DNA of 56,244 nucleotides, taken from an uncultured bacterium. Lineage in GTDB: Bacteria; Omnitrophota; Omnitrophia; Omnitrophales; Aquincolibacteriaceae. The notes beneath the pieces were generated by a model. The model ran no database searches. It was not told where the DNA came from and saw nothing but the letters and a program-made list of their open reading frames with translations. Shown here piece by piece: positions 1-9,571 of the stretch. Location of the stretch: the NCBI GenBank assembly GCA_964562525.1, contig CAZLTL010000015.1, positions 1-56,244 on the forward strand. Direction: 5' to 3'. Position numbers and translations under genes: made by a program. Every line of letters starts with the position of its first letter. Position 1 is the first letter of the stretch.

Positions 1-2660
1 ACATGATTTGGGTTTTCAACTCGGACCTCATATTTGGAAGCGTGATAATGGAAGGAAAGTTCAAAGCCATTCCAGTCAGGGGAAATGCAGGGATCCATAA
101 AGAGTTTATTTCCCCTTAAGCGGAATCCAAGAATCGATTCGATTCCAGCCCGGTACATCCACCCGGCGGAGCCTGTGTACCAAGACCAGCCGCCGCGGCC
201 GACATGGTTTTTTGCCGCATAAACATCGCCTGCCATGACATAAGGTTCGATTTTGTAACGCTGAATATCCGCGCGTGTGCTGCTATGGAGAATCGGATTC
301 AAAATTGAAAAAAGTTCGGCGGCGGTTTTTCCATCGCCTAAAGCGGCAAAGGCGAATATCGCCCACACTCCTGCGTGGGTGTATTGGCCTCCGTTTTCAC
401 GCACACCCGGGATATACCCCTGAATGTAACCTGCATTCGGTTTCATTTTGTCAAAAGGCGGCGTAAGAAGCAGGGCGAGTTGATCTTTCGTGTTAATCAG
501 ATGGGTTTTGAGCGATGCCATGGATTTTGCAGCGCGTGCGGGATCCGCGGCGCCTGAGATGACGCCCCAAGACTGAGCGATGGAATCAATGCGGCATTCG
601 GTGTTGGATGCGGAGCCGAGCGGGGTACCGTCATCAAAATAGGCGCGGCGATACCATTCACCATCCCAACCATGGCGTTCCACAGCTGTTTTTAAATCAC
701 CGACATGCAGCCGCCATTTCTCGGCACGGGCAAAATCGCCGCGAGATTCCGCAATTTTTGCGAATTCCCAAAGTGTCGTGTGCAGAAACCAAGCCAGCCA
801 GATGCTTTCGCCTTTGCCTTCATGCCCGACACGATTCATGCCATCATTCCAATCGCCGGTGCCGATTAAAGGGAGTCCATGCGCGCCAACCCGCAGGCAT
901 TGATCAAGTGCGCGGGCGCAATGCTCATAAAGCTTCGCATTTTCGACCGAGGTCTTGGGATGATAATAGAGGTCTTCTTTTTCCGCCGCAATGGGCTGGG
1001 ATTCAAGAAAGGGGATCATTTCTTCCAATATTTTTTGCTCGTCCGTGACGCTGAGATAGTGCATAACGCTGTAGGGAAGCCATGCCAGATCATCCGAGAT
1101 TTTAGTTCTTACTCCGCGGCCTGATGGGGGATGCCACCAATGCTGCACATCGCCTTCGGGAAATTGTCGTGCCGCCGCGCGAAGAATTTGTTCGCGGGCA
1201 ATATCGCGGCCGGAAACGGTCAACGCGAGAGCATCTTGCAATTGATCCCGGAATCCAAAAGCTCCGCCAGCCTGATAAAAGCCGCAGCGGGCCCACATGC
1301 GGCAAACAAGCGTTTGGTAGAGCAGCCAGCGGTTTAGAAGTAAATCCATTGAGGCGTCCGGTGTGCGGACTTGGACGGCCGTTAAAATATCATTCCATTT
1401 CTTTTTGACCTCACTTAGTTTTTCATCAAGATTCGCGGAGCGGTAATGTTGAATCAGCGCGACGGCCTTTTCGCGGCTTTGACTTTGCCCCAGCAAAAAA
1501 ACAAATTCTTTGGATTGGCCCGGTTTTAATTTCACGGTTTGTTTCATCGCTGCGCATGGATCCAGTCCCGCGCCGCATTTTTTCGACAGGATGGAATTTT
1601 TTACAAGCGCGGCCGGAAGATCAACCGTTCCGTTGCGGCCTAAAAATTCAGCGCGATCCGCTGTCCAAGCTATTTGCTTTCCGGCAAAATCGGCGAAAGC
1701 CATGCTTTGCGCAAACTCCGTATTCCAGGGGTTGCGAGCCAAGATCGAATTGGTTTGTTCATCTAGCTCCGTAATAATGAACGGTACTCCGCGGTGACGA
1801 TTGCTGCCGAGCGCCCATTCGATATAAGCGGTCACGGAAAGAGTTCTCGATCTTTCGGATCGGTTTGTAATACGTAAGCGGGAAACTTTGACCGGATCTT
1901 CCGTCGGAACAAATTGAAGCAGCTCCGCCGCAATACCGTAGTTTTGCCGTTCAAAAACACTGTAGCCTTGTCCGTGACGTACGACGTAGGAGCCGTCTCC
2001 GCGAATGGGCAGGGCGGTCGGATTCCATAGGTCGCCCGTTTCTTCATCGCGGATATAAAAAATCTCCCCTGAAGAGTCACAAACGGGGTCATTGGACCAA
2101 GGGGTGATTTGATTCTCGCGGCTGTTTTCCGCCCAAGAATAGCCTGAGCCTGATTCCGAAACTTGAAATCCGAAATGAGGATTGGCGATGACATTGATCC
2201 AGGGTGCCGGTGTCCATTGACCGGTTCCAAGATGAATGATGTACTCGCTCCCGTCGGCTGAGAATCCGCCTAAGCCGTTAAAAAAATGAAGCTCTGAAAT
2301 TTCTTTTAAAAAAAGATTGGGAATCGTCGTCCGCTTGGTTTTGCGGTGCTGAGGGGCTTCAAATAGATCGGGTTTTTCAAGTCTTTCAATTTGCTGTGCC
2401 AGCGAGCCGTAGCGGCTTTGCAGTGTAATGCGCGCCGCGGTACGGAATAAAATAATTTCATCGGCACTAAGTGTATCCGCGCGTAAGACAAAAATACCGC
2501 CCTGAGGATTTAGGTTTTCATGTTTATGGACGCTTTGAGCCGCGCGGACAAGATTTTCCAGCGAACTTTGAAAATCTTGTACATAGGAAGCTGCTCTTTC
2601 ATTCAAAATCTTTTGTCGAATGCCATTAAGTTTCAGAGTGAAGATCCGCTTAAGATTCAT
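1..2660 (-). CDS. GH94-family glycan phosphorylase module (cellobiose / beta-1,2-glucan phosphorylase, NdvB C-terminal-like); 3' end runs off the left window edge
   Basis: Absent from the ORF track because it has no stop inside the window. Hand translation of the minus strand (codons at 3k..3k+2) is open from 2696 down to position 3. It contains [45 protein letters not shown] (WW at 1134-1139), [10 protein letters not shown] and [12 protein letters not shown]. The upstream in-frame stop is at 2697-2699 and the first ATG at 2658-2660. The true start is uncertain. Confidence 0.8.
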   Translation of the reverse strand, partial: MNLKRIFTLKLNGIRQKILNERAASYVQDFQSSLENLVRAAQSVHKHENLNPQGGIFVLRADTLSADEIILFRTAARITLQSRYGSLAQQIERLEKPDLFEAPQHRKTKRTTIPNLFLKEISELHFFNGLGGFSADGSEYIIHLGTGQWTPAPWINVIANPHFGFQVSESGSGYSWAENSRENQITPWSNDPVCDSSGEIFYIRDEETGDLWNPTALPIRGDGSYVVRHGQGYSVFERQNYGIAAELLQFVPTEDPVKVSRLRITNRSERSRTLSVTAYIEWALGSNRHRGVPFIITELDEQTNSILARNPWNTEFAQSMAFADFAGKQIAWTADRAEFLGRNGTVDLPAALVKNSILSKKCGAGLDPCAAMKQTVKLKPGQSKEFVFLLGQSQSREKAVALIQHYRSANLDEKLSEVKKKWNDILTAVQVRTPDASMDLLLNRWLLYQTLVCRMWARCGFYQAGGAFGFRDQLQDALALTVSGRDIAREQILRAAARQFPEGDVQHWWHPPSGRGVRTKISDDLAWLPYSVMHYLSVTDEQKILEEMIPFLESQPIAAEKEDLYYHPKTSVENAKLYEHCARALDQCLRVGAHGLPLIGTGDWNDGMNRVGHEGKGESIWLAWFLHTTLWEFAKIAESRGDFARAEKWRLHVGDLKTAVERHGWDGEWYRRAYFDDGTPLGSASNTECRIDSIAQSWGVISGAADPARAAKSMASLKTHLINTKDQLALLLTPPFDKMKPNAGYIQGYIPGVRENGGQYTHAGVWAIFAFAALGDGKTAAELFSILNPILHSSTRADIQRYKIEPYVMAGDVYAAKNHVGRGGWSWYTGSAGWMYRAGIESILGFRLRGNKLFMDPCISPDWNGFELSFHYHASKYEVRVENPNH

Positions 2661-2927
2661 ATTGCGGCGAAAGAGCAAGACGGGAAGTGGCTTTTCTCAA
2701 TTCAGGATAACGGCATCGGAATTGAAGCCAAATACAAAAATAAAATTTTCGCGCTCTTTCAGCGCCTCCATACGCATACCGATCTCAAGGGCGATGGTAT
2801 CGGACTTGCGGTGTGTAAAAAAATTGTTGAGCGCCACGGCGGAACCATCTGGGTCGAATCACAACCCAATGAAGGCGCGACTTTCTTTTTTACTCTATCC
2901 GCTACCCCCCCCCCCTCTTACGCTTAA
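2520..2927 (+). pseudogene. Histidine-kinase remnant with the HATPase_c domain only (N, G1 and G2 boxes); no HisKA/H-box
   Basis: [12 protein letters not shown] (N box, from about 2598), IQDNGIGI (G1) and [36 protein letters not shown] (G2 and tail). Everything N-terminal to the N box is missing, and that DNA is occupied by the antisense GH94 ORF. Confidence 0.6.
2905..2915. repeat. Homopolymer C(11)
   Basis: Counted directly: 11 consecutive C, encoding the PPPP at the end of the kinase remnant. Confidence 0.9.
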
Positions 2928-3022
2928 ATAAATCGAATGATCCAAAATAAGACGAGCCGTTCAAATGGCATGCTTGTTTTTTTCTTAGTTCTGCATCTTT
3001 CGCCGCATCCCTTTTTGATTGC

Positions 3023-3051
3023 TTGGATGTTGAGCTTTGCTTCGCTATAAT
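3023..3051 (+). promoter_or_regulatory. Candidate sigma70-type promoter upstream of miaB
   Basis: Perfect TATAAT at 3046-3051, a weak -35 TTGGAT at 3023-3028, and a 17-nt spacer. This would leave almost no leader before the ATG at 3060. Confidence 0.25.
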
Positions 3052-3059
3052 CTCCCGCC

Positions 3060-4481
3060 ATGACAACACAGCCCACTACCAAAACCGTGTCTATTACCAC
3101 CTTCGGATGTCAAATGAATGCCTATGACACCGAAGTGGCGTCCGGACTCCTTCAGCAGAAGGGGTATAAGATTTTCACTTTTGATGATTCTGCTGAAGTT
3201 TCCGATTGGCGCGAACCCGCTCAGCTGCCTGATGTTGTTTTAATGAATACCTGCTCTGTGCGCGAACATGCCGAAGACCGTGTTTTTGGACGATTGGGGA
3301 TGTTGGGCAAAGCAAAAAATAAAAGACCGGAACTCATTATTGGACTCATGGGGTGCATGGTCGAAGAACATAAGGCCAAGCTTTTTAAGCGTTTTCCGCA
3401 GTTAGACTTGATGGTTGGAACCCGCAACATTAAAGATTTGCCGAATTTAATTGAGAAGGTTGAAAAAGACCGCCGTCAAGTTTCGCAAATTCAGCAAGAC
3501 GGTATTTCAATCGAGTATACCGACCAAATTAAGCGCGAAGGATTGTTTCACGCTTGGCTGCCGATTATGACCGGTTGCGACAAAAAATGTACTTTCTGCA
3601 TTGTTCCGATCACGCGCGGGGCCGAAGTCTCGATGAAAGCCCGCGATGTTTACCGCGAAGCGTCGCGTTTGGTCGGCGAAGGCGTGAAGTGGATTACTCT
3701 TTTGGGGCAAAATGTGAATAGTTATGATGGATCCGATGAGGGGCGCGCGTTTCAGCCTCTGCAAGATATACCTGCTTTTGAAGGGCAGGGCGGCGTACGA
3801 GTTTCTTTTCCGGAGCTTTTAGATCAGCTCTGCGGGATTGAAGGCCTTGAGCGCATTTCGTTTACGACTTCGCACCCGCATGATGCAACCGAAGAATTGT
3901 TTCAAGTGATCAAGAAAAATCCAAAAATTTCACGACGGTTTCATTTGCCGTTACAGTCGGGTTCGGATGCGGTTTTGAAACGTATGAAGCGTTTGCACAC
4001 CTTTGACGAATATTATGCCCAGCTGCAAAGATTGCGCGAACTTGTGCCCGATGTTGCGATCACAACCGATATCATCACCGGCTTTTGCGGTGAGACCGAA
4101 GCGGATTATGAAGCAACCAGAAAAGCGATCGAGAAAGTACGCTATGACGGTGCGTTCATTTATAAATATTCGGTGCGCCCCGGCACTCCCGCGGCAAAAC
4201 TCCAAGATGATGTTCCGGAAGCAGTTAAATTACAGCGCACACGCGATTTAATTGAAATTCAGAAGAGAATAACCAATGAAGTGAATCAAACATGGGTGGG
4301 GAAAACGGTGACTGCCTTTGTTGAAGAAGATAATTCGGTGTGGCACAAAGGACAACTGCGAGCGCGCTCCGATCAGGATAAAAAAATTGCTTTCGACGGT
4401 GACGCTAAGCTAGTAGGGCAGTTTGTGCGGGTTAAGTTGAATGCGCTTCGCAATGAAACGCTTTTCGGTGATTTAGTCTAA
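3060..4481 (+). CDS. miaB: tRNA-i6A37 methylthiotransferase MiaB
   Basis: ITTFGCQMNAYDTE N-terminal cluster, radical SAM CDKKCTFC motif, and a C-terminal TRAM-like segment (GKTVTAFVEE..FVRVKLNA). 473 aa. Confidence 0.93.
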   Translation: MTTQPTTKTVSITTFGCQMNAYDTEVASGLLQQKGYKIFTFDDSAEVSDWREPAQLPDVVLMNTCSVREHAEDRVFGRLGMLGKAKNKRPELIIGLMGCMVEEHKAKLFKRFPQLDLMVGTRNIKDLPNLIEKVEKDRRQVSQIQQDGISIEYTDQIKREGLFHAWLPIMTGCDKKCTFCIVPITRGAEVSMKARDVYREASRLVGEGVKWITLLGQNVNSYDGSDEGRAFQPLQDIPAFEGQGGVRVSFPELLDQLCGIEGLERISFTTSHPHDATEELFQVIKKNPKISRRFHLPLQSGSDAVLKRMKRLHTFDEYYAQLQRLRELVPDVAITTDIITGFCGETEADYEATRKAIEKVRYDGAFIYKYSVRPGTPAAKLQDDVPEAVKLQRTRDLIEIQKRITNEVNQTWVGKTVTAFVEEDNSVWHKGQLRARSDQDKKIAFDGDAKLVGQFVRVKLNALRNETLFGDLV

Positions 4482-5545
4482 GCGTAATGCTTCATCAGGT
4501 CGGATAGCTTCACGATCTGAAACCCTTCCTTTTCGAGTTTAGGAATTTCTTCAGCGATCACTTCCAATGTGTGCTTTTTGTAATGACCGATTGCGATGGC
4601 AAATCCGGATTTAAGCGCGACTTGGGCTGTTTCTTGAATTTGCTTGCGAATCGGTTCACGCTGTTCAACGTTGTCTAAAAAAACGTCGCGACGCAAAACA
4701 GGAATGTGCAAATCATGCGCGATGGGAACAACCAAGCTGCGCGTGCTGGTGTAACTGTCCAGAAAAAATAATCCTCGGCGTTTAAATTCCGGAAGAATAA
4801 TTTTCATAAGACGCGGGTCAGATGTGCCGAGTGATCCCATGTGATTATTGGCTCCGATTAGATGCGGAACCGATGCGATGTTGTCATCGACATGCGCCAA
4901 GATTTCCTGCGGGCTCATTTGGTTGGTGATCAGACCCGGCCCCGGATAAATGCCTAGTTCGGATTCAAGCGGCAGATGCAAAATGACATCGGCGCCCGTG
5001 TGCTTACTTTTCTCAGCGTAAAAACGGGTATAGCGTAGATGCGGCAGAATCGCATAAGTGATTTTATGGCCGAGTATGTCCATCACTCGGTCATATGTAA
5101 TTTCATGACCGATATCATCAATGACAAATGCGATGGAGGGTTTCGACCAATCAATAGAATGGGGCGCTGCCGGCCTCGGCTTTGGCGGAGTTTTCCGCTC
5201 TAAACGCGGCGCTTGCCCGGGATAGGTCATAGAATCTTTTTCGAGAATTAAAGATTGTGGTGCTTGCGGAATGTTAGTTCTTGTTTGATTGGCGGAAACA
5301 GGCGAGATGCGTGCTTCTCGTCCGGTTGATATTGGCTGTGCTGCGGCTGTTTGTTTACGAGCCGGGCTTTCTGAATGAGCTTTAGCCGGAACCATTGCTT
5401 TGGAATCAGAACGGGCGGATTGATAGAGCGACCAGCTTAAAAGTGCGATGAGAGCCACTGCAAAGAGGGCAGCCCATTTTCCGGATGATTTGTGCGCGGA
5501 GGAATGTCCGAAGGATCTTTTAAGCGAAGGCTTGTTTTTAGGCAT
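4478..5545 (-). CDS. Divergent polysaccharide deacetylase family protein (YibQ-like), membrane anchored
   Basis: N-terminal TM helix (WAALFAVALIALLSWSLY). Motifs IAFVIDDIG, AILPHLRYT, ILHLPLE, NNHMGS and FFLDSYTS. Confidence 0.8.
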   Translation of the reverse strand: MPKNKPSLKRSFGHSSAHKSSGKWAALFAVALIALLSWSLYQSARSDSKAMVPAKAHSESPARKQTAAAQPISTGREARISPVSANQTRTNIPQAPQSLILEKDSMTYPGQAPRLERKTPPKPRPAAPHSIDWSKPSIAFVIDDIGHEITYDRVMDILGHKITYAILPHLRYTRFYAEKSKHTGADVILHLPLESELGIYPGPGLITNQMSPQEILAHVDDNIASVPHLIGANNHMGSLGTSDPRLMKIILPEFKRRGLFFLDSYTSTRSLVVPIAHDLHIPVLRRDVFLDNVEQREPIRKQIQETAQVALKSGFAIAIGHYKKHTLEVIAEEIPKLEKEGFQIVKLSDLMKHYA

Positions 5546-5652
5546 CAGTCTGCGTGTCGGATCTTTTTAAATAAATTTGGTTGAGTGCGAGTTTGAGCGC
5601 AATTGCTTGCCCTTGGTCGTCATGATACCATAGCTGCAGATAGGACACGAAA

Positions 5653-6198
5653 ATGAATTTAACCGAAAAAATGAGCAAACAAGCCGGAGCTGTTTTTGAT
5701 GATTTGAAGTCGGCGATGCCGATTCAGGAAATCGAAGAAAAATTCCGCTCTGCGAAAATGCTTGGCGAGGATCTTTCCGGCAAGCAGTTTCAGACTATTT
5801 ATTACGCCTATTTGACGGCTCAGATTTCTCAGCGCTGGGTTTATTGCTGCCGGGACCTGGGCATTGACTCCAAAGAAATTCAAAATTTGTTTTTTAAAAC
5901 CGCTTTAGACCGTTACGCGGATGCCAAAGATTTGGACAGTGCGACTTATTTTAGTGAAGCGCTGTACGCGGCCAATTCTGAGCCTGATCAATATACTCTC
6001 ATATCCATTTTGACCGCACTTATGAAAAAGGTCAGTGCAGGTAAGGGGCTTTCCGTTACGGCGGAAGGTACGGCCGAGCTTTTCCGTTTTGTCGCCGGGG
6101 TTTGGGATGGCTATTGCAACCATTTTGAAAATGATTTTGATGATTTTTTAGCACAGCTTCGTTTAGACGGAGCTTTATCGCAGGAGAAAAGAGGATAG
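5653..6198 (+). CDS. Hypothetical protein (no recognisable motif)
   Basis: A 181-aa ORF that fills the gap between flanking genes and ends 1 nt before orn. No family recognised. Confidence 0.5.
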   Translation: MNLTEKMSKQAGAVFDDLKSAMPIQEIEEKFRSAKMLGEDLSGKQFQTIYYAYLTAQISQRWVYCCRDLGIDSKEIQNLFFKTALDRYADAKDLDSATYFSEALYAANSEPDQYTLISILTALMKKVSAGKGLSVTAEGTAELFRFVAGVWDGYCNHFENDFDDFLAQLRLDGALSQEKRG

Positions 6199-6199
6199 A

Positions 6200-6796
6200 A
6201 TGGCAGATACGAAGCAGACTTCGAAAGATAATTTTGTTTGGATTGATCTTGAGATGACCGGGCTTGACCCCGATAAAGAGGTGATCATTGAGATCGCGAC
6301 GATTGTCACCGATTCTCAGTTGAATATTATTGCCGAAGGTCCCGATTTGGTTTTGCACCAGCCCGAGATTTATTTAACGCGTATGGATGATTGGAATCGC
6401 AATCAACACTCTAAGTCAGGTCTAATCGATGATGTGCGCAAGTCGATGATCGCGTTAGAAGCGGCGGAATCGCAAACTTTGGACTTTATCCGCCAGTTTT
6501 GTGAAACCAAGCAGAATCCGCTTTGCGGCAACGCCGTTCACCATGACCGCCGTTTTTTGATTAAGTATATGCCTAAGATTCATGAATTTTTGCATTACCG
6601 GCACATTGACGTCAGCACGGTCAAGACGCTTGTTCAGAAGTGGTATCCGAAGCAAAAAGAAGTGAAGAAGAGCACGTCACACCGTGCTTTGTCGGATATT
6701 CGCGAGTCGATCGAAGAGCTTCGTTTTTACCGGGCCAATTATTTTAAAACCGCGGAAGAAATTACCTCAGCCGCATCTATATCTTTTCCGGTTTAG
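6200..6796 (+). CDS. orn: Oligoribonuclease
   Basis: FVWIDLEMTGLDPDKEVIIEIATIVTD, GNAVHHDRRFL, HYRHIDVSTVK and HRALSDIRESIEELRFYR (DEDDh exonuclease motifs). Confidence 0.95.
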   Translation: MADTKQTSKDNFVWIDLEMTGLDPDKEVIIEIATIVTDSQLNIIAEGPDLVLHQPEIYLTRMDDWNRNQHSKSGLIDDVRKSMIALEAAESQTLDFIRQFCETKQNPLCGNAVHHDRRFLIKYMPKIHEFLHYRHIDVSTVKTLVQKWYPKQKEVKKSTSHRALSDIRESIEELRFYRANYFKTAEEITSAASISFPV

Positions 6797-6807
6797 ATCA
6801 GGATTTA

Positions 6808-7716
6808 ATGAAACAGAAAACGCGAGCCAGAACTACGCCGCACAGTATTATTGCGCTGGTTTATGATTTTGACGGAACGTTGTCGCCTAATAATATGCAG
6901 GAAGACACGATTCTGGATGCTTACGGTCTGGATCATGAAAAGTTTTGGGCGCGCTCAAATCAGCTCGTTGTGAAGCGCGGGTATGAGCGCACTTTGGCGT
7001 ATTTAAAACTTTTTGCCTGCGACGAACCTTTTAAAAGCAAGCCCTTGACCCCTGAGTTTTTGCGCTCTCTTGCCGGACGTATCCAGTACTATCCCGGTGT
7101 CAATCATGGTTACTTTGACGGTATTCAAAAATTCATTCAAACCATTCCCGAGGTTTCGGAGTGGGGAATTCAGGTTGAACATTATATTATTTCGAGCGGC
7201 ATGAAAGATATTTTGGACGGAACCTCCATTCGCAAATATTTCAAAGAAGTTTACGCGTGTGAATATGATTATGTTGATGGGCGGCCGATTTTCCCGAAAT
7301 TGGTGATTAACGATACCAATAAAACCCAGTTTTTATTCCGCATCAATAAAGGTAAATTGAAACTGACGGAAAGCATTAACCAACATACCCCTGAGCATGA
7401 GCGGCGCATTCCTTTCCGAAATATGATTTATGTCGGCGATGGGCTCACGGATGTGCCGTCCATGACGCTGGTGCATAAAGCCGGCGGTTACGCGATCGCG
7501 GTTTACGACCCCAAGAAAAAAGTTCCGGATTCGGTTCAGGACATGGTTTCTGAAAAAAGGGCCGAGCATTTTGCGCCGGCAGATTTCCGCAGCAGCTCGC
7601 TTTTGGTTAAAATTTTACAGCGGACTTTAAAGAAAATTATTCACGAAATTTCATATGACGCCTCATCAAGAATGTCGCTTGATTGGGTCGCGCGGGAGTG
7701 CCCACAAAATGGCTAA
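6808..7716 (+). CDS. HAD-superfamily hydrolase
   Basis: DFDGTLSP (DxDxT motif I) and YVGDGLTDVPSM (motif IV). Confidence 0.65.
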   Translation: MKQKTRARTTPHSIIALVYDFDGTLSPNNMQEDTILDAYGLDHEKFWARSNQLVVKRGYERTLAYLKLFACDEPFKSKPLTPEFLRSLAGRIQYYPGVNHGYFDGIQKFIQTIPEVSEWGIQVEHYIISSGMKDILDGTSIRKYFKEVYACEYDYVDGRPIFPKLVINDTNKTQFLFRINKGKLKLTESINQHTPEHERRIPFRNMIYVGDGLTDVPSMTLVHKAGGYAIAVYDPKKKVPDSVQDMVSEKRAEHFAPADFRSSSLLVKILQRTLKKIIHEISYDASSRMSLDWVARECPQNG

Positions 7717-8377
7717 TAATAAAACTCATTCCAAAAATTTAAACCTAACGCATTCGCATTTACGCCGCGATTACGAGTCAGACCTTTTTTCCGAGAAAAA
7801 GGTGGCGCGGCATCCCATGCGGCAGTTTAGTTTGTGGTTTAATGAGGCGGTTGAGAAGAAACTGAAGGACAGCAATGCTTTTGTTTTGGCGACGTCGGAA
7901 AAAAACAAACCTGCCGCGCGTGTTTTATTGATGAAGGCTTCGTCGGATGAAGGGCTTACTTTTTTCACCAATTATGCGAGCTCAAAAGGGAAACAATTAG
8001 CCGCGAATCCGAAAGCGGAAGCGGTCTTTTTTTGGGGAGAGCTGAACCGTCAGGTTCGCCTGCGCGGTAAAGTGGTGAAGCTTTCGCGTAAGGAATCTTT
8101 GGATTATTTTCGGTCGCGGCCGCGTGAAGCGCAGCTGGCGGCTTGTGCTTCGAATCAGAGTTCGCTGATCAAGAGCCGGGAACAGCTGGAGCAGAAGTAT
8201 GCGCGGCTTGATAGTGAATATTCCAATCAATTGCCGCCCATGCCCAAAGAGTGGGGCGGATATTTGTTGAAAGTGAACCGGGTTGAGTTTTGGCAAGGGC
8301 GCCCGAGCCGTTTTCATGACCGCCTGCTTTACACCCGCACAGGTAACACCTGGAAAGTAACACGTCTGCAGCCTTAG
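7709..8377 (+). CDS. pdxH: Pyridoxamine/pyridoxine 5'-phosphate oxidase
   Basis: LRRDYES, FFTNYASSKGKQLAANPKAEAVFFW, LNRQVRLRGKV, EFWQGRPSRFHDRLLY and a C-terminal RLQP. The start is moved from the track's 7655 to the ATG at 7709, which overlaps the upstream stop by 8 nt. Confidence 0.93.
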   Translation: MANNKTHSKNLNLTHSHLRRDYESDLFSEKKVARHPMRQFSLWFNEAVEKKLKDSNAFVLATSEKNKPAARVLLMKASSDEGLTFFTNYASSKGKQLAANPKAEAVFFWGELNRQVRLRGKVVKLSRKESLDYFRSRPREAQLAACASNQSSLIKSREQLEQKYARLDSEYSNQLPPMPKEWGGYLLKVNRVEFWQGRPSRFHDRLLYTRTGNTWKVTRLQP

Positions 8378-8383
8378 ATCGTT

Positions 8384-8412
8384 TTGACATGAGTTAAGCG
8401 CTTTAGTCTTAT
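8384..8412 (+). promoter_or_regulatory. Candidate sigma70-type promoter for the histidine kinase gene
   Basis: TTGACA at 8384-8389, a 17-nt spacer, and TCTTAT at 8407-8412. Confidence 0.3.
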
Positions 8413-8456
8413 CGGGTTCAGTCGATGATTAGTCATCAAGGAAACCGGAAAAAATT

Positions 8457-9569
8457 ATGACAAACCGCCTTCATTCAGCTCAGGAAATTGCCAAGGTTTA
8501 CCACGCTCTCGCGGACCGCGAGTCTCTGCAAGGTTACTTTTTACAAAGTGCCGCGTCGTTGCTCAGCGCCGATAAGTCCGCGCTTTATTATTCCGGAAAA
8601 GACGAAAAGCTTTGGCTTGAGACTCAAGAGGGTTTTTCGGATGAAATGCTCCCCAAGCTGAACCTGATCGCTGAGGGCGTTCAAGTTTCAGGAAAACCTT
8701 ATATTCACAAGGATTTACTCGCGCTTCCTTTGGTTACGGGCACAGCTTGCTTAGGCGTTGCTTGCTTTCAGTCCGTGCGGGGAAAAGCGTTTAATGATGA
8801 AGACCGTGATTTAGGGGTGACGATGACGATGGAATTCGCGACGGCTGTCAAAAGTATGCGTCTGATCGAAGAAAATGTCCGTATGGCGCGGCTCGCGGCC
8901 ATCGGTCAGACATCCAGCATGGTTGTGCATGAATTAAAAAATATTCTTCAGCTTGCGCGTCTTTCGGAAGAAATGCTTGAAATGGGCGTGAAGCAAAATA
9001 ATCCGAAATTTATTCAAATGGGAAATCAAAAAATCCGCCACGCATTGAAGGAGATGGATGGATTTATTTGGGAAATGTTGAGCTTGGCTCGTGATCAAAA
9101 ACTTGAGGCACAGCAGTTTGCTTATCCCGCGCTTTTTGCTGAATTAGTCGAAGATTTGCAAACCAAAGCCAAGGCTTCTTCCGCAATTTTGAAATGGTTT
9201 GTTCCGGAAGGCTTTCCTGAAGTTCACGCGGATCGAAAAGCTATTTCGCGCGCGCTTCTGAATTTAGTAAAGAATGCGTTTGAAGCCCGCCGCGGAGATG
9301 CCATTACAGTTACTTTGAGTGTGGAAGTTTTAGATGCGGAAAACTATCAAATTAAAATTGAAGATAACGGTCAAGGTATGACGGAAGAAACCCGCGCGCG
9401 TCTTTTTCAGGCTTTTTATACCACGAAGGGAGAGCGCGGGACCGGATTGGGTTTGATGGTCGTTGAAAAAACAATTTCACTTCATCGCGGACAAATTAGC
9501 GTTGAAAGTAAGGTTGGCGAGGGGACTCGTTTTCTTTTGCGCTTACCAATTCACCCGCAAGGCGAATAA
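8457..9569 (+). CDS. Sensor histidine kinase, cytoplasmic, with a GAF-like N-terminal domain; no adjacent response regulator
   Basis: VHELKNILQ (H box), LLNLVKNAFEA (N), IEDNGQGM (G1) and TKGERGTGLGLMVV (G2). No TM segment seen. Confidence 0.85.
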   Translation: MTNRLHSAQEIAKVYHALADRESLQGYFLQSAASLLSADKSALYYSGKDEKLWLETQEGFSDEMLPKLNLIAEGVQVSGKPYIHKDLLALPLVTGTACLGVACFQSVRGKAFNDEDRDLGVTMTMEFATAVKSMRLIEENVRMARLAAIGQTSSMVVHELKNILQLARLSEEMLEMGVKQNNPKFIQMGNQKIRHALKEMDGFIWEMLSLARDQKLEAQQFAYPALFAELVEDLQTKAKASSAILKWFVPEGFPEVHADRKAISRALLNLVKNAFEARRGDAITVTLSVEVLDAENYQIKIEDNGQGMTEETRARLFQAFYTTKGERGTGLGLMVVEKTISLHRGQISVESKVGEGTRFLLRLPIHPQGE

Positions 9570-9571
9570 GT

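Noticed and set aside
275-2491. Many short ORFs in the track on both strands (e.g. 608-1048 +, 1124-1408 +, 1510-1797 +, 1832-2230 -).
   Set aside because: They all lie inside or antisense to the long open GH94 frame, which has strong family motifs. They have Arg/Pro/Ser-rich shadow-frame composition and no recognisable motifs.
7655-7708. N-terminal extensions in the ORF track for pdxH (7655), dus (to 10789), the coiled-coil gene (10707), the methyltransferase (31644), the TIGR04073-like gene (39459), aceE (42958) and CBS2 (52163).
   Set aside because: The extensions overlap the upstream gene or the divergent gene and show no family similarity. An internal ATG with an RBS or a stop-start overlap fits better.
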